64,000 bases of DNA, taken from the IMG/VR virus record IMGVR_UViG_3300030294_000815; one strand, given 5' to 3'. Positions 61,066 through 64,000 of this stretch are shown here, in pieces. The stretch is from an uncultured virus (IMG/VR IMGVR_UViG_3300030294_000815) (taxonomy: Duplodnaviria > Heunggongvirae > Uroviricota > Caudoviricetes). The position numbers were made by a program, and so were the translations under genes. The notes beneath the pieces are model-generated. The model saw nothing but the letters and a program-made list of their open reading frames with translations. It was not told the origin of the DNA and did not search any database. Each line of letters begins with the position of its first letter. The first letter of the stretch is position 1.

Positions 61066-61331
61066 TTGATAATCAACTCACGTATTGCTATTTTTTCTAC
61101 ATCTTCAACGCCAATAACATGTTTGCATGTATCGCCTTTCTGATCTAAGCTTATGCATACTAATTTCAATGGGTCCACATGTTGCACTAAAGAAATAACG
61201 GCATCTTTGTAAGGAATATTGGCGCCTTTAACTTCATAATTTCTATACTCTGCATTTCTTCTAAGCATAAGTGCCTGCCCTATTTTTATATTTGAAACAT
61301 CAAACTGTAACGCCTGGATTGTTATTGCCAT
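61062..61331 (-). CDS. hypothetical protein
   Basis: In operon. Confidence 0.55.
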   Translation of the reverse strand: MAITIQALQFDVSNIKIGQALMLRRNAEYRNYEVKGANIPYKDAVISLVQHVDPLKLVCISLDQKGDTCKHVIGVEDVEKIAIRELIIK

Positions 61332-61650
61332 CGTATTTTACCTCCTTCGCAACAGTCGCAGCCTTTTTATCGCAGGGCAAATATACCGCCATTCGTTGAA
61401 CTATTACGTTACCGTCAATAGCGTCTTGCAATGCTACATACTGTTTGCCTTCAATAGTCATAAAAACAATTTGGTCAGCCGTGGTTTCTACAAAAAATGC
61501 TAACGCCGATTCACCTAATTTAATATCTACTAATGACCGACTTGTTAACTTATTGGCTACCGTTAATTCTTTAAGGTCACCCTTTTTCGCATATCCTTTG
61601 TTAAAACGTGGCGCGTTAATGATAATAGCCTGTTCTGATAATTCGCTCAT
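61300..61650 (-). CDS. hypothetical protein
   Basis: ATGA overlap. Confidence 0.55.
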   Translation of the reverse strand: MSELSEQAIIINAPRFNKGYAKKGDLKELTVANKLTSRSLVDIKLGESALAFFVETTADQIVFMTIEGKQYVALQDAIDGNVIVQRMAVYLPCDKKAATVAKEVKYDGNNNPGVTV

Positions 61651-62285
61651 ACTACTTTTACCTCCGATTTATTGTTATACGTTACGTGAAAACTTCTTTC
61701 GCCAACCGAAGCGAGTGTTTCGTTATGCGTGACAAGAATTATCTGCCTGTGAAATTTACCTGCATACTCTTTTAAGAAGAACGCTACATTTTGCGAATAC
61801 TCAGCCGAAATATGTTTGCCAACTTCATCTAAAAACAGAGCACCTTGCACGCCTTCCAGTTCTGCAATTGCCAGCCTTAAAGCAAGCGTAATTACGTCGA
61901 TTATCCCACCGCCATGACCGAAGTCCGGCTGTTCCAATTTCGTGATTACGTCATCGTTTTGCAGATAGTAGTCTACTTCGGGCCGGTTCGATCTTACTGT
62001 CAATTCAAGCCAAAACCTATAATTCGCGTCAAATACGACTGACAAAGCAGAAGTAACAATTTCCTCGATTTTTGTTTTAGCTTGCTTTCTTGCAAAATCA
62101 CTCGTCTTTTGAAGCAAGACTGTGACCTGTTCAAAAAGCTGTAAATCATCTTTCGTTTTGGCGAGTTCATCTACAGCCTTTTGAAGCTGCATTTCAAGAA
62201 TTCGTTTTTCGCCTAACTTTATATTCAAAACATTCGTTCTATTTTGAATTTCCCTTTTCAATGTTGCCGACTTATAAACATTCAT
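61647..62285 (-). CDS. SbcC/Rad50 C-terminal half (signature, Walker B)
   Basis: GHGGG, LRLA, LFLDE..KH.S and IILVTH motifs; start likely MNVYK. Confidence 0.85.
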   Translation of the reverse strand: MNVYKSATLKREIQNRTNVLNIKLGEKRILEMQLQKAVDELAKTKDDLQLFEQVTVLLQKTSDFARKQAKTKIEEIVTSALSVVFDANYRFWLELTVRSNRPEVDYYLQNDDVITKLEQPDFGHGGGIIDVITLALRLAIAELEGVQGALFLDEVGKHISAEYSQNVAFFLKEYAGKFHRQIILVTHNETLASVGERSFHVTYNNKSEVKVV

Positions 62286-62289
62286 ATCG

Positions 62290-62523
62290 TCACACTTCCG
62301 GGAGAAGTTTTTCGACTGTTGCCAAGTCTGCCGCAATCTGTGTTTCGAGTTCTTCAATCTTTGCCTCAATTGTCAAAGGCGTAACACCAAGTTCCTTCAT
62401 TTTGCTTTCGACTTCCACAAGAGCCTCTTGTGCGGCTGCTAGTTTTGTTTCAGCTACCGTCTTTGCCTGCTCCGCTACTTTTACTTTTTCTTCTAGTGCT
62501 AAAATCTTACTTGCTGTGTCCAT
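62290..62523 (-). CDS. small coiled-coil protein between the SbcC halves
   Basis: Heptad pattern; overlaps the stop of the N-half. Confidence 0.65.
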   Translation of the reverse strand: MDTASKILALEEKVKVAEQAKTVAETKLAAAQEALVEVESKMKELGVTPLTIEAKIEELETQIAADLATVEKLLPEV

Positions 62524-63916
62524 GACTATCCCCTTTCACGACTTGTTTGCACATCGGGCAAATATCTGTTTCTTTCCATAAATCAGCCAACTTTGTGGCG
62601 GCTTCCGTAAAACTGGCCGCTGCCGCATCATTTCGGCGCTTTGAAACAGTTACAAAGTTTTCTGTATCCGAGTATAGGCTGTTTATTTTGTAGAAGTGCT
62701 GTAGCAACTCCTGACGTTCCTTACACGCCACTAACTTTGCCTTGGCTTGTATTTGTATCAGCACCTTATCCAACGTGGCACTGTACTCGTCTGACAGCGA
62801 CAATAATCTACCGTACTCATTAAAAACGATTTGTAACTCACTACGATGACTTTCGGCTTCCGTTAATCGTAATAAGGCGGGTTTTACTCTTAAAAGGTCC
62901 AGGGCTGTGTCTAAACTGTTTTTCGCTTCGGCTTCTTGATCTTTCCTGACACTATAAATAACGGCCAACGTTTTTAGGTTTTGTTTTAATGTAGCACTAT
63001 CGCGCTGCCTTTTTAACATTTCGGCGGCTTCCTTGATACACTTTAACTCTCCTAGTAAACTTCTCTGATCCGTTATAATTACAGCTTGTTTTCTATACTG
63101 CTGTAGTAAGCTTGTTAATAACGAAATGTTTACAGCGCCACTTTTAGCCGTAGCCATGTACTGTTGCGCTTGACGTACTCCGGCAAAAGATAGAATAGCC
63201 TGTTCATATCTTTCTATACGCTCCTTTGATGTAGCGTGCACATCGGCGGCATTACGCAGTTCGGCTTGTTTAGCCCCGTTTAGTTCAACAACCTTCATCA
63301 TTTCTTCACATTCATCTAGCAATTGTTTTACAGTGTCTAGGTGTAAATAGTTCTGTAAAGCTGTAATTTTTTCGACCTGCTCTATTTTGTACTGTTTCTG
63401 CGTTGCCTGTAATGCGTGTGTACTTTTGGAAGCCTCTTTCATTGCAAGGTCGACTATTTCGGCGTTTGCCAGTTTGCCAAGAACTTTGGCTCCGGCACTT
63501 GGCGATTCACTAAGTAAAAATGGTGCATCTAATTGATATGCGAAATTTAGTACGTTTGCAAAATCGCCGAAAGTGCTCTTGTCAATTCCAAGTAATTGTT
63601 TAACCTCGTCAGGTACCTCAGCTTTCTCATATACGAAAGTTTCTAAGCCCCGGCTAATGCTGTATGAAGTTTTTGTTCCTTTTCGTAATTTTGTGATCGT
63701 AGCTTCGTCTGTAACGATTGTGACCTCGGCATACCCTACAGCCTTATTAACAAAACTGTCGCCTGACGGTTCACCTAATGCTACCCACTTGATCGCTCGA
63801 AGGATTGCTGATTTACCGGAGTCCGTAGCACCTGTTATGACATTTAACCCTGCACACAAGTCAAGGTGTGTGTCTACATGTGATTGGAACCCCGTAGCGC
63901 TAATTGATAGTATCAT
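62507..63916 (-). CDS. SbcC/Rad50 N-terminal half (Walker A, coiled coil, Zn hook)
   Basis: FQSH, GATDSGKSA, YQLD (Q-loop) and terminal CPMC. Confidence 0.9.
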   Translation of the reverse strand: MILSISATGFQSHVDTHLDLCAGLNVITGATDSGKSAILRAIKWVALGEPSGDSFVNKAVGYAEVTIVTDEATITKLRKGTKTSYSISRGLETFVYEKAEVPDEVKQLLGIDKSTFGDFANVLNFAYQLDAPFLLSESPSAGAKVLGKLANAEIVDLAMKEASKSTHALQATQKQYKIEQVEKITALQNYLHLDTVKQLLDECEEMMKVVELNGAKQAELRNAADVHATSKERIERYEQAILSFAGVRQAQQYMATAKSGAVNISLLTSLLQQYRKQAVIITDQRSLLGELKCIKEAAEMLKRQRDSATLKQNLKTLAVIYSVRKDQEAEAKNSLDTALDLLRVKPALLRLTEAESHRSELQIVFNEYGRLLSLSDEYSATLDKVLIQIQAKAKLVACKERQELLQHFYKINSLYSDTENFVTVSKRRNDAAAASFTEAATKLADLWKETDICPMCKQVVKGDSHGHSK

Positions 63917-64000
63917 TTAGTGCGTCTCCATTGATTTTTGATTTTTCGATTAGCTTATCAAGATCGCTTTGTTCAAACCGCATGTCGGAATTCGACGTGT

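Larger units (their letters stand above)
10265..64000. mobile_element. siphovirus-type prophage (right end, integrase and intact tRNA presumably beyond the window)
   Basis: Complete lysis, tail, head, terminase and replication modules starting right after the tRNA att fragment. Confidence 0.95.

Noticed and set aside
1..64000. CRISPR array
   Set aside because: No regularly spaced 25-40-bp repeats with unique spacers and no cas genes seen

Overview
Positions 1-4084 are ordinary host chromosome: an alpha/beta hydrolase, allD-like ureidoglycolate dehydrogenase, a CAT-family acetyltransferase, and yjdF with its riboswitch. Two identical 62-bp copies of a sequence containing the 3' half of tRNA-Val(GAC) (minus strand, 4085-4146 and 10201-10262) bracket a ~6-kb integrase-less islet. 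The islet carries an SF1 helicase-nuclease, a BrxL (BREX) C-terminal remnant and a probably disrupted HTH-TPR gene. From ~10265 to the window end lies a large (>53 kb, truncated on the right) prophage. Its modules are: lysis (11.2-13.2 kb); GTA-like tail tip, siphovirus tail and lambda-like head/terminase (13.2-36 kb); a rightward early/moron region (37.4-42.4 kb); and a self-sufficient replication/recombination module (PolA, AEP primase-MCM helicase fusion, SF2 helicase, RecU-like resolvase, SbcD, split SbcC). Firmicute-type genes plus an outer-membrane beta-barrel moron suggest a diderm Firmicute (Negativicutes) host; this is inference. The most unusual signals are not in the ORF track. (i) The heptamer CTACAGC/GCTGTAG occurs at least 68 times in the prophage (hand count; about 7 expected). 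(ii) Two diverged ~570-bp origin-like elements flank the virion module in inverted orientation, each with the heptamer or its TTACAGC variant next to an AT-rich tract. (iii) A ~150-nt tRNA-like cloverleaf RNA with expanded arms lies upstream of the putative SSB gene. All calls are from motif recognition by eye; no database searches were run.
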